A stretch of 64,000 nt of DNA from an uncultured Actinomycetes bacterium (lineage in GTDB: Bacteria > Actinomycetota > Acidimicrobiia > Spongiisociales > DATADW01): the NCBI GenBank assembly GCA_963824995.1, contig CAWGRK010000001.1:13094-77093 (forward strand), read 5' to 3'. A model generated the notes under the pieces. It was not told where the DNA came from, ran no database searches, and saw nothing but the letters and a program-made list of their open reading frames with translations. Position 1 is the stretch's first letter; the number at the start of each line of letters is the position of its first letter. Made by a program: the position numbers and the translations under genes. Below are positions 42,660-51,713 of the stretch, in pieces.

Positions 42660-43665
42660 GTGCAGATATACAGTCGCCCGATGCCCGAACCCTGGTGGCG
42701 ACGCGCCTTCAACTTCGTCAAAGAGGCCTTCACCCGGTTTGGTCAGGACCGGGCGGCGATGCTCGGGGCGGCCCTCTCCTACTACGCGGTGTTCGCCCTC
42801 GGCCCAATGCTGGTCATCGCCACCGGTATCGCCGGGATCGTCTACGGGGAGGACGCGGCGAACGGGCTGATCAGCGAGCAGGTCGGCGAGACGGTCGGTC
42901 CCGAAGTGGCGACGCTGATCGAACAGCTGGTGGCCTCGGCCGGTCAGGGTGGCGCCGGCGTGGCGGCCACGGTGTTCGGCGGGGTCCTCCTCCTCATCAG
43001 CGCCTCGGCCCTGATTTTGCAACTCGAAGCGGCTCTCAGCGCGGTGTTCGACGACGAGCACGAGGAGAAGGGGATCAAGGCGACGATCTTCAAACGGCTC
43101 CGTGGGATCGCCGGCGTCCTCATCATCGGCGTGATGCTGCTGATAATCGTGGGGGCCAACGCCGTGGTCAGGTTTGTCGCCGATCGTCTAACCGGGGTGG
43201 CGAAGGAGGCGTTGGAGTGGGGAACCCCTCTCGTCTCCCTGGTGCTGGTGGCCGGGCTGTTGGCACTCACCTTCCGCTACCTGCCCGACACACGTACCCG
43301 GTGGCGGTCGGTCCTCTTCGGCGGGGCGGTGACCGCCACGCTCCTCCTGATCGGTGCGGTGGCGATCAGCTTCTACCTGGGGCGCGCCAGTGGCGGAGCC
43401 TTCGCCGCCGGTCCCATCGTCGCCCTGCTCTTCTTCATCTACTACATGGCCCAGATCGTCCTGTTCGGTGCCGAGTTGACCGAGGTTCACGCCGACGGAG
43501 GGAAGCCCAAGCCCGTGCCGGCTCAAGCCCCGCCGGCGGTCCCAGTCCCGGCGGTCAGGGTCGTGTCACCCCCCACAGGGGGCAAGGGCAGTGCTCGCCG
43601 GGTTTCTCGCCGGGTTCGTCGCCGGACGAGCGGCGGGCCGTGGAGGATCACCCTCCGATCAGTAG
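42660..43665 (+). CDS. YihY/BrkB family membrane protein (frame switch near the 3' end)
   Basis: Motifs: FGQDRAAMLGAALSYYAVFALGPMLVI, ...FRYLPDTRTRWRSVLFGGAVTATLL..., YYMAQIVLFGAELT. The probable true C-terminus ...VLAGFLAGFVAGRAAGRGGSPSDQ* ends at TAG 43663-43665. Confidence 0.72.
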
Positions 43666-43699
43666 CCGGCGGTCGCCGGCCAGACGGCTGCTCATGCTG

Positions 43700-44342
43700 T
43701 CAACGAACTCGGGGTCGTCGAGCACGGTCTTCGTCTGAAGTGGGACCTGCCTCGCCACCCGGCTCTTCGACGGTCACCCACAACCGGGGGAAGTCGCGCC
43801 GGGAAACGCCCACCGTCATCTCGAAGCGCCCGTCGTCGCGGAAGCTGCCGGCGGAGACCGAGGTCCGGTCGGCTGACAACCAGAGTTCGTAGACGGTGCC
43901 CGATGCGGCCGGGCCCAGCCCCGACACCTCGACAACCATCTGCGAGCCGTTCTCGGTGGCCCATCCGTCCACCCGAGCCGTGGCGCTGGGCGTGTCACCC
44001 ACACCGATGAGCTCCACCTGCCAATCCGGCGCCGAGCCGGCGACAAACACCCAGGCACCGAACAGAACAGCCACCACGGCGGCGGCAACGCTCGGCCAGA
44101 GCCACTTGCGTGATCTCGGCAACGCCTCGGCTCCCCCGGCGATGGCCTCGACCACCCGCTCTTCGAGTTCGGGGAGCGGCTCCTCCCAGAACACGGGATC
44201 GGCGAGAGCAGCCGCGTAGCCCATCCAGCGATGGCTCGGCGGCTCGGCAAGCGTTGCAGGTGGATCGGTGCGACAGCGCAGCACCGTCGAGGTTGCCCTC
44301 CAGGTAGGCGGCCCGGTAGTCCTGACAGCGGACCCCGTTCAT
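43700..44342 (-). CDS. Anti-sigma factor: ZAS-type N-terminus (H-x3-C-x2-C), TM helix, RskA-like extracytoplasmic domain (one frame switch)
   Basis: The N-terminus is MNGVRCQDYRAAYLEGNLDGAALSHRSTCNAC. The TM helix is WLWPSVAAAVVAVLFGAWVFV. The C-terminal domain contains VYELWLS. The ATG overlaps the sigma stop (ATGA) once the sigma frame is corrected. Confidence 0.65.
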
Positions 44343-44870
44343 GCCGTCGCCTCTCTGACGTGCGCCAACAGAGCCGGCGAGCCGGCGGTGGGCGCGGTGC
44401 GAGCGTGACTTCACGGTCCCCACCGGCACCCCGAGCCGTTCGGCTGCCTCCTCGTGTGTGAGCCCCTGGAAGTGGGTCGCCCGCACCACGGCCTTCTCGT
44501 CTTCGGGCAGCTGGTCGACGGCGCAGCGCACCTCCCAGGCCTCCCAGGTCCGCTCGAACGAGGGGGGCAGCGCCGCGATCTCGGGCTCCTCGTCTCGTGT
44601 CACCAGGCGGTGACGTCGTTCGCGCCGGTAGACATCAACCGCGACCCGGCGGGCGATGGCATAGAGCCAGGGACCGGGGTCCCGGGTGGGGTCAAACCGC
44701 TCGGCGGCACGCCACGCCTGTAGAAAAGTCTGTTGCACGGCGTCCTCAGCTAGTACCCGGTCTCCCAGGGCGCGCAGGGCGATGACGAATACAGCGCGCC
44801 CGTAAGCTTGGTACAGGTCGCGTACCGCCTCGGGGTCGCCGGAGCGGAAGCGGCGCATCGCCCGTTCCAT
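44339..44870 (-). CDS. ECF (group 4) RNA polymerase sigma factor (frame switch in the last about 15 codons)
   Basis: The region 2 context is AEDAVQQTFLQAWRAAERFDP...PWLYAIARRVAVDVYRRE. Region 4 is LPEDEKAVVRATHFQGLTHEEAAERLGVPVGTVKSRSHRAHRRL. The corrected tail LLAHVREATA* ends at 44339. Confidence 0.8.
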
Positions 44871-44967
44871 TCACCTCCAGTACGCACCCGTCCGGGTCAC
44901 CGGTTCGCTCCAGGCCACGGTACGCCACCAGGCGCGATTGGCTTTCCGTTCAGTGTGCCGAGCCCGT

Positions 44968-45796
44968 TCAGGTGACTGAGCGAATGGTGTCGAGGATGGC
45001 GTCGAACAGGTCGCCGGCCCGGCCGATCGCCCAACTGATCACGTAGATGAGGGCGATCAACCCGACAAGCGTCACGATCGCCCGCACCCGGTAGCGGCTT
45101 CGCTCTCCGGGGAGATCGAGATACGAGCGGGGCCGATCGGGCACTGTCCTCGGGGTGAGCGATCGTGGTGTCAACCGCCGGGCTTCGCCTGGTCTCGTCC
45201 TCGGGAAGGGAGGGCAAGGCGATAGCGGTGACGCTCGACGAGACACCACCTCTCCGTCCAGGCGCGGGCCGCAAGCCGTCCACCGCCCTCAAGCCTCCAG
45301 GAGATGGAGGCTCATCGAGCGGGAGGATCGACTCCTCGGTCGGGACCTCCGCCACCACCCTCGTCGGGTCGGCCCATGGCCGGGAGCCACTCCACGAAGC
45401 GGACATCGGGCCGATTCGGTGCAGCAGGCGTGCCACGCTGTCTCCTGCTCTTGCTCGTCGGCTGGTGCGACGACAGGGGGAAGCGCCGGCACCGCCCCGT
45501 CAACGGAGAGCGTCTCCCAAGCCGGCTCGGCATCGAGTGTCTCGGGTGCATCGGCGCCGGGTCGGCGGAGTGCTTCGGGACGTAGTTCGGCGTCGGTGAC
45601 CGCCGATGAGAGCTTCAACTCGGCGGTCAGGGCTGCCATGGTCTCGGCATCGGGCACCGACCTCGCCGCTCTCGTAACGGCTGATCGTCCGCGGCCGACT
45701 GCCCGACTCGGGCCCCAAGCTGCCTCTTCGGTGAGCCCTTTCTGCAGCCTCCCATCGCGGAGCATTGATCCGATGCGATGTGGCGCGTTCGGTCAT
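44968..45796 (-). CDS. Putative membrane-anchored XRE-family HTH regulator, heavily frameshifted (possible pseudogene)
   Basis: HTH pieces are spread over three frames: LRDGRLQKGLTEEAA, TISRYESGE, SVPDAETMAALTAELKL. The C-terminal TM segment (RAIVTLVGLIALIYVISWAIG) lies in ORF 44968-45249. The reconstruction is tentative. Confidence 0.4.
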
Positions 45797-45911
45797 GAAA
45801 CCTTGGATCGGGACTGGACCCAGGATACCGGGTCTGGTGACGATCACTGCTGCAGAACGGAGCGCCCTGGCGCACCGTTCCCCGGGCGGATAGCTCACTA
45901 CCCTCGCCGGC

Positions 45912-46006
45912 GGAGGCGAAAGAGCGCCTGGTGGGCTCCCCGGTCTTCAAAACCGGTGGGGGGCCGCAACGCCCCCGGCGGGTTCGATTCCCGTCCGCCT
46001 CCGCCA
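45912..46006 (+). tRNA. selC: tRNA-Sec (anticodon UCA)
   Basis: 95 nt. The acceptor is GGAGGCG...CGCCTCC-G-CCA. The anticodon arm is CCGGT-CTTCAAA-ACCGG, the same CUUCAAA loop as E. coli selC. It has a long GC-rich variable arm (GGGGGGCCGCAACGCCCCC), a T arm GCGGG-TTCGATT-CCCGT, and an encoded CCA. Confidence 0.85.
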
Positions 46007-46075
46007 GGCCTCCTAGAAGCCCCACGCCGTCTACTGCCCGTCAGACCCCGAATGTCCATCTAGGGTTGGAGTCCA

Positions 46076-48697
46076 GTGAGCGACGTTCCGTCGTGGACCG
46101 TGACTTTCCTGTTCACGGACATCGAGGGCTCCACCAGGTTGCTCCAGGAGCTCGGCCCGGAGCGGTACGGAGTGATCCTGGACGACCACTCTCGCCTGAT
46201 GAGGGAAGCCATCGCTGCCGCCGGTGGGGCAGAGATCCGCACCGAGGGCGACTCGTTCTTCGTCGTTTTCCCCACCGCCAGCGGAGCCGTGCAGGCGGCC
46301 GTGGCCGCTCAGCGGGCCTTCCACGCCCACCCCTGGTCGCACAGGGAACCGGTACGGGTGCGGATGGGGATACACAGTGGGGAGGGACATCGGGGGGGCG
46401 ACGACTACCTGGGGATCGACGTCAACCGAGCCGCCCGCATTGCCGCCGCTGGGCACGGCGGGCAGGTTCTGCTCTCGGCCACCACCAGGTCGCTGATAGA
46501 GCACGATCTACCTGAGGACGTGTCCCTCCGAGACCTGGGGGATCACCGCCTCAAGGACCTGGCCAATCCCGAACATGTCTATGACCTGGTGATCGATGGT
46601 GTTCCCTCGGACTTTCCCCCGATCAAGACGCTGGAGATCCCCAGCAACCTCCCGGCGGAGCTGACGTCGTTCGTGGGGCGCGAGCGGGAAGTGGGGCGAG
46701 TCACCGAACTAGTGGACCAAAGCCGCCTGGTCACACTGACCGGCCCTGGAGGCACGGGCAAGACCCGGGTAGCAGTGCAAGCGGCTAGGCGCCTCATCGG
46801 CGGGTTCCCGGATGGGGTGTTCTTCGTCGATCTATCCCCCGTCACGGATCCCCAGCTCGTACCCGACACCATCGGATCGGCGCTCAGGTTCCGGCAGGAG
46901 AGCAGCGGTCGGCCGGTGCTCGAGATCCTCACCGACAACCTCCGCGATCTGACCATGCTCCTGCTACTCGACAACTTCGAGCAGGTCCTCTCAGGCGCGG
47001 ACGCTGTGGCGACCATCCTCCGAACCGCTCCCCGGGTCCGAGCTCTCGTCACCAGCCGCGCCCCGCTCGGCCTTTCGGGCGAGCAGGAGCTTCCCATCCC
47101 CCCTCTAGAGCTCCCCGACCCGGGCGACAATCTCGACGTCCTCCGGCGAAACGAGGCCGTGAAGCTGTTCGTAGAGCGAGCCGCGTCGGTCGATCCGACG
47201 TTCTCCCTCGCGGAGGAAATGGCTCCCCTCGTTGCCGAGATCTGCGCTCGACTCGATGGCCTTCCTCTGGCGATTGAACTCGCGGCCACGCGGGTTCGGA
47301 TGCTGCCCGTGGGCTCGCTCCTCGAGCAGCTCGAATCACGGCTTCCGATGCTGGTCGGCGGCCCGCGGGATGCGCCGGAACGACAGCGCGCCCTCAGGGC
47401 CACGATTGCCTGGAGTTACGACCTCCTGGAGGAGCGCGTCCGGACCTTCTTCCGACGCCTCTCCGTTTTCGCTGGGGGATGGACGCTGAAAGCGGGTGGA
47501 GAAGTCGCTGATCCTGGAGAGGAACTCGGCGACGCGTTCGAACTGTTGGAGATTCTCCTCGAACACAGCCTGGTGCAACGGTCTCCCGACGATCGGGAGG
47601 GGAGAATGCGCATGCTGGAAACCATCCGAGAGTTCGGGCAGGAACGACTGGAGGAGAGCGGGGAGGCCCAGGAGATCCGCCAGCTGCACGCCGATTGGTT
47701 CCTCGAGCTGGCAGAAGAGGCGGAGAGGTACCTGACAGGGCCGGACCAGGGCCGTTGGCTCGACCTACTCGGGCTCGAGCACGACAATCTTCGGACGGCC
47801 CTGGGTTGGGCCATCGGGGGAGACCGGGGGAGGATCGCTGCTCGAGTGGGGAGCGCGCTGTGGCGTTTCTGGTACGCGCGCGGCCACCTCGACGAGGGAC
47901 GACGCTGGCTCGAACGGTCGCTGGCCCTCCCGTCGATCCGGGAGCGGAGCACGCTGCGAGCCCAGGCACACAGCGCTCTAGGGGGGATCGCCTATTGGCA
48001 GGGCGACTTCGGGACAGCTCTGAGCGCGTATCAGGAGGCGCTGGAGATCCACCGGCAGCTTGGCGACCGGTCCGCAACGGTGCAGGCGCTTCTCGATCTG
48101 GGCACCACCAAAGCGGTCACGGGCGACCCAGAGTCGGCCAAGTCGCTCATCCAGGAAAGCCTGGCTACTGCGCGTGAGCTCGGGGACCGGCGAGGGGAAG
48201 CGTGGGCACTATGGGGTAGGGGCGCGACGCGTATGTTCGGCGGCGATTTGAACGGGTCCCAGGGGGACCTCGAGGAGAGCCTCCGGATCTTCGAAGAGGT
48301 GGGAGGCGACACATGGGGGCTGGGCAACGCCCGCGCTGGCCTGGCCGGCCTCGCGGCGAGGCGCGGCGATCCTGTTGAGGCCCGGGACCAGGTCCTTCGG
48401 GCCATCGATGATTGGGAGGACCAGGGGAACGCGCTCGTACTCTCGAGCCAGCTCAGGTTCCTGGCGATGGCGGCCAACGACGCCGGCTACCCAGAGCGCG
48501 CAGTCCGGCTGGCCGCTGCCGCGGAGGCCTGGCGGCAGAAGGTGGGCGGGCAAGTGCCAGCGGCCTTCTTTCCGTTCACCGACCCCCGGGAGACGGCCGC
48601 CGAGGTTCTTGACGAGCGCTCCATGGAGCGAGCGTGGGCCGAGGGATCGGCCATGACCCTCGAGGAGGCCCTGGCCTACGCCCGCGAGGAGGCGTGA
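46076..48697 (+). CDS. Class III adenylate/guanylate cyclase domain - STAND/AAA ATPase - TPR repeat protein
   Basis: Intact 873-aa ORF. Cyclase motifs: VTFLFTDIEGSTRL, IRTEGDSFFVVF, RMGIHSGE, GIDVNRAARI. The P-loop is LVTLTGPGGTGKTRVA. The C-terminal third holds TPR-like repeats (ALGGIAYWQGDFGTALSAYQEALEI...). No C-terminal LuxR-type HTH was seen. Confidence 0.85.
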   Translation: MSDVPSWTVTFLFTDIEGSTRLLQELGPERYGVILDDHSRLMREAIAAAGGAEIRTEGDSFFVVFPTASGAVQAAVAAQRAFHAHPWSHREPVRVRMGIHSGEGHRGGDDYLGIDVNRAARIAAAGHGGQVLLSATTRSLIEHDLPEDVSLRDLGDHRLKDLANPEHVYDLVIDGVPSDFPPIKTLEIPSNLPAELTSFVGREREVGRVTELVDQSRLVTLTGPGGTGKTRVAVQAARRLIGGFPDGVFFVDLSPVTDPQLVPDTIGSALRFRQESSGRPVLEILTDNLRDLTMLLLLDNFEQVLSGADAVATILRTAPRVRALVTSRAPLGLSGEQELPIPPLELPDPGDNLDVLRRNEAVKLFVERAASVDPTFSLAEEMAPLVAEICARLDGLPLAIELAATRVRMLPVGSLLEQLESRLPMLVGGPRDAPERQRALRATIAWSYDLLEERVRTFFRRLSVFAGGWTLKAGGEVADPGEELGDAFELLEILLEHSLVQRSPDDREGRMRMLETIREFGQERLEESGEAQEIRQLHADWFLELAEEAERYLTGPDQGRWLDLLGLEHDNLRTALGWAIGGDRGRIAARVGSALWRFWYARGHLDEGRRWLERSLALPSIRERSTLRAQAHSALGGIAYWQGDFGTALSAYQEALEIHRQLGDRSATVQALLDLGTTKAVTGDPESAKSLIQESLATARELGDRRGEAWALWGRGATRMFGGDLNGSQGDLEESLRIFEEVGGDTWGLGNARAGLAGLAARRGDPVEARDQVLRAIDDWEDQGNALVLSSQLRFLAMAANDAGYPERAVRLAAAAEAWRQKVGGQVPAAFFPFTDPRETAAEVLDERSMERAWAEGSAMTLEEALAYAREEA

Positions 48698-48737
48698 CAA
48701 GCAATGCTGGTCGGTCATGAGAAGCGCTCGGGCCATT

Positions 48738-48796
48738 CTTCAAACCGGAGGGAGACCGCAACGCCCCCGGCGGGTTCGATTCCGATCCGCCTCCGC
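48738..48796 (+). repeat. Partial copy (anticodon loop to 3' acceptor) of tRNA-Sec; att-like direct repeat
   Basis: CTTCAAACCGGAGGGAGACCGCAACGCCCCCGGCGGGTTCGATTCCGATCCGCCTCCGC matches selC 45945-46003, about 54/62 positions by manual alignment. There is no complementary 5' acceptor or anticodon-stem strand upstream, so it is not a functional tRNA. Confidence 0.75.
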
Positions 48797-49503
48797 GACC
48801 GGATCTTGGGTCAGCGGTTCCGACGATGGTGAACCTGCGTCCCCGCGGTAGTCGTTGACCCCGCCGCGCGCGGCCGACACCGTGGGGACGATCAGCGACG
48901 GCCGGAAGCCGGCCGCCTTCAGCATCATGTGGATCGCGGTGATACTGGGGATCCCACTCAGGTCGAAGGTCTTGCCTTCGGAGTAGAGCCTGGCTTCGCT
49001 CTCGGTGTTCTCCAGCAGGAGCCGCACGATCGGCTCGGTCACGTTGTGCAGCACCGCGGTGTCGATGATGATCGCGCTGATGTCGAGCGCGGCCAGCTTG
49101 TGGATGATTTCGTACTGACGGCCAGTGTGATACAGGAAGCCCAGGACCATCGCGGTGTCGTACCGCTCTCCCTCCCGGCCCATCCGCTCTGCTTCATCGA
49201 ACCCGTCGCCACAGATAAAGCGGTAGGTCGACTCGGGACGCCGTAGGCCTCGAAGGTCTTGTTGGCGTTGTCCACCAGATGCTGGCGGGGCTCGACGCCG
49301 ACCACGCTTGCTGCGCCACCTCCGCGCATGGCGGCGAACGCCCAGCGGCCGTCGTGGGAGGCGATCTCGACCACTCGCTTGTCCTTCAGCAATTCGACGT
49401 TCGACTCGATGATCAAGTGGTAGCGAAAGTTGAGTCGACTCTGGGACGGCGTCGTCTTGCTGGTCTTCAAGAACTCGGGGTAGTCGTCGAAGAACCCGGG
49501 CAT
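48740..49503 (-). CDS. Class I SAM-dependent methyltransferase-like protein (one frame switch; 3' end runs into the tRNA fragment and is uncertain)
   Basis: Motifs: MPGFFDDYPEFLK..., motif-I-like KDKRVVEIASHDGRWAFAAMRGGGAASVVGVEP, then ...YDTAMVLGFLYHTGRQYEIIHKLAAL... Confidence 0.55.
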
Positions 49504-49644
49504 TCGCCTGCTCCCGCCTCGCTTTCGCGGGGTCGCACCGACCTCGTCGGACCCAGGATCGTCGGGAGGAACCACCTTGTCGGCGAGCCTACACGTCGAG
49601 AAGCGTTCCCCGGCCGGCAGAATCGGTCGGAAGGTTGGCGTACA

Positions 49645-49671
49645 GGCGGGTTCGATTCCCGTCCGCCGCCA
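49645..49671 (+). repeat. Second, shorter partial copy of the tRNA-Sec T-arm/acceptor region
   Basis: GGCGGGTTCGATTCCCGTCCGCC is identical over 23 nt to selC 45978-46000, followed by GCCA. No upstream tRNA body is present. Confidence 0.55.
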
Positions 49672-49677
49672 CTCCGC

Positions 49678-50541
49678 TCAGCCCTGGTACTTGCTGACGT
49701 TGAAGACCGCACCCTGGGGATCGGCGATGAACGGCGATCCGGGCGGCTCCTGCGTCGAACGGCGCAGTCAGCACTTGGCCACCACGCTGTTCGGCAGTGG
49801 CGGCGATGGCATCGACATCGTCAACGGCGAAGGTGACGCTCCAATGCGACGGCACGTCGTCGGGGAACTGGTCGGGTGTCATCGGTGACATCCAGCCGAT
49901 GGCATCGGCGAACCCGGGCGGAGCGCCGGCCTCCGTCTGACGGCGGCGGTTGCCAGGTGCCAATTGCTCGAGGAAATCGCCGTAGCCGGGAGCTCGCCAC
50001 ATGATGGCCTCGCCGGCCTCACCGAGGTCGACGCTCTCGGCCACCCAGCCGAACACGGCACCGTAGAAGGCCTTGGCCGCCTCTGGGTCGCGGGTGTTGA
50101 GGTCGCTCCAGTTCCAGGTACCCGCCTGATTGACCAGTTCGGCGCCGCGATGGGTGCCCGCCTCCCACAAGCAGAAGACGGCACCGGTGGGATCGGAGAG
50201 CACCGCCATGCGCCCGGCATCGAAGATGTCGAACGGTTCGACCGAGCACGGTCCCGCCCGCCTCCTTCGCCTTGGCCGCGGTCTCGTCGGCGTTCTCCAC
50301 CCAGATGTAGGTGGCCCAGTTGGGCGTCGGCGGCGACCCCGCGGGCTTGGGAACTGACCGCGGCGACCTGCTTGCCGTGGAGTTTGGCGACGAAGTAACT
50401 GCCCTCCGACCCGGGCGGCATCCGGTCGGTGAACTCCCAACCGAACAGCCCCTGGTAGAAGTCGACGGCGGCATCGGGATCGGGCTGCGATGTGTCCACC
50501 CAACAGGGCACGCCAGGTGGATATCCGTCGCGCTCCATCAC
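49678..50541 (-). CDS. Two-domain VOC (glyoxalase/bleomycin-resistance/dioxygenase) family protein, about 3 frame switches
   Basis: Motifs: GVPCWVDTSQPDPDAAVDFYQGLFGWEF, GRMAVLSDPTGAVFCLWE, WSDLNTRDPEAAKAFYGAVFGW. The corrected C-terminus is PPGSPFIADPQGAVFNVSKYQG*. Confidence 0.72.
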
Positions 50542-50571
50542 GATGGTCCTCCTTGCTCGCCTGCTCCGACC

Positions 50572-51037
50572 TTAGGTCCGCTGGACGCGTTCATCGAGCG
50601 CCGCCAGCAGCACCTCCACCGCTCTTTGCACCGACGCCCGATCCCCCTCTCCAAGTCCCATCGATGATCGACTCGAGCCACTGCAATTCGGCACGATCCA
50701 CCGCTTCGAGCAGCGTCCTGCCCAGGGCAGTCGGTATGACCTCGACACGCCGCGCATCATCCTGCGCCTGGATGCGGACTGCCAGCCTGGCGTCGACCAG
50801 ACCGTCGATCATCCGGCTCATGGTGGCGAGCCGCCACCCCCTCACTGGAAGCGAGCGTCGCCGATCTGGAGCGGACCCTCCGACGACGAGCCGGCGGAGT
50901 ACGGCACGCCGCGGACCGGTGAGCCCGTGGGCACCGGTGCCCTGGCGGATGCGCCTACCCAGACGAAGTGTCAGCTCGACCAGTCCGGTTGCGGTGGAAG
51001 TTTCCTTAGCTATGCTAAATACTCTACCTGGAGGCAT
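50572..51037 (-). CDS. MarR family transcriptional regulator (frame switches; start uncertain)
   Basis: Motifs: LTLRLGRRIRQ...GLTGPRRAVLRRLV...ATMSRMIDGLVDARLAVRIQAQDDARRVEVIPTALGRTLLEAV. The corrected tail is ...SVQRAVEVLLAALDERVQRT*. Confidence 0.68.
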
Positions 51038-51710
51038 GGTGACGCCGGATCAGTTCTTTGCTCTCATCGAGGGCGATCAGATCGCTGCTGGCCATCGCCG
51101 CGCTCGATGAGGACCCGGACCTGGGACGATCGCGCAACGCCGAGGGTCTCTCGCCGCTCGCGGTGGCCGCCTACTGGGGCAGACAGGACCTCGTCGAGCT
51201 GCTACACGACCGAGTCGGGCCGCTGGATCTGTGGGATGCCGCCATCGCCGGCGATCACGGTGCGTCGCCGAGGCGCTCAATCGCCGATCCTGCCCTGGTC
51301 GAGTCCCGGTCACCCGACGGGTTCACCGCCCTCCACCTCGCCGCCTTCTTCGGTCACCCCGAGACCGTCGGTGTCCTGATCGAGCAGCGGCGCCGATGTC
51401 GGGGCGTGGACCAGCAACACGTTCCACAACCAACCGCTCCATGCGGCCGTCGCCGGGTCCGAGCCCGGAGACAAGGCTCGCCATCGCCCGGATGCTGCTC
51501 GAGGCCGGGGCGGAACCGGGCAGCCCAGCAGTCCGACGGGAGCACGCCGCTCATGGCGGCAGCGCATCACGGTGATGAAGTACTGGTCGACCTGCTCGTC
51601 GACGCCGGGGCCGACCTGACGACCCGCGACGACAGGGGACGTTCGGCGGCGGATCACGCCAGGGAGGCGGGCAACGAAGGGCTCGCCGAGAGACTGACGC
51701 CCTTGCCTGA
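51036..51710 (+). CDS. Ankyrin-repeat protein (about 3 frame switches; both ends uncertain)
   Basis: ANK motifs: GLSPLAVAAYWGRQDLVELL, GFTALHLAAFFGHPETVGVLIE, GSTPLMAAAHHGDEVLVDLLVDAGADLTTRDDRGRSAADHAREAG. Confidence 0.62.
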
Positions 51711-51713
51711 CGA

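Larger units (their letters stand above)
46007..49671. mobile_element. Possible remnant(s) of selC-integrated island(s), bounded by partial tRNA-Sec 3' direct repeats; no integrase present
   Basis: An intact tRNA lies at the left edge. Direct-repeat fragments of its 3' part lie at 48738-48796 and 49645-49671, giving two cargo segments (46007-48737 and 48797-49644). Confidence 0.35.

Noticed and set aside
48700-48800. A second complete tRNA gene at the 48738-48796 tRNA-like sequence.
   Set aside because: No complementary 5' acceptor strand (GCGGAGG) or 5' anticodon-stem strand exists upstream, and the T-stem and variable arm carry disruptive substitutions. It is a 3' fragment only.
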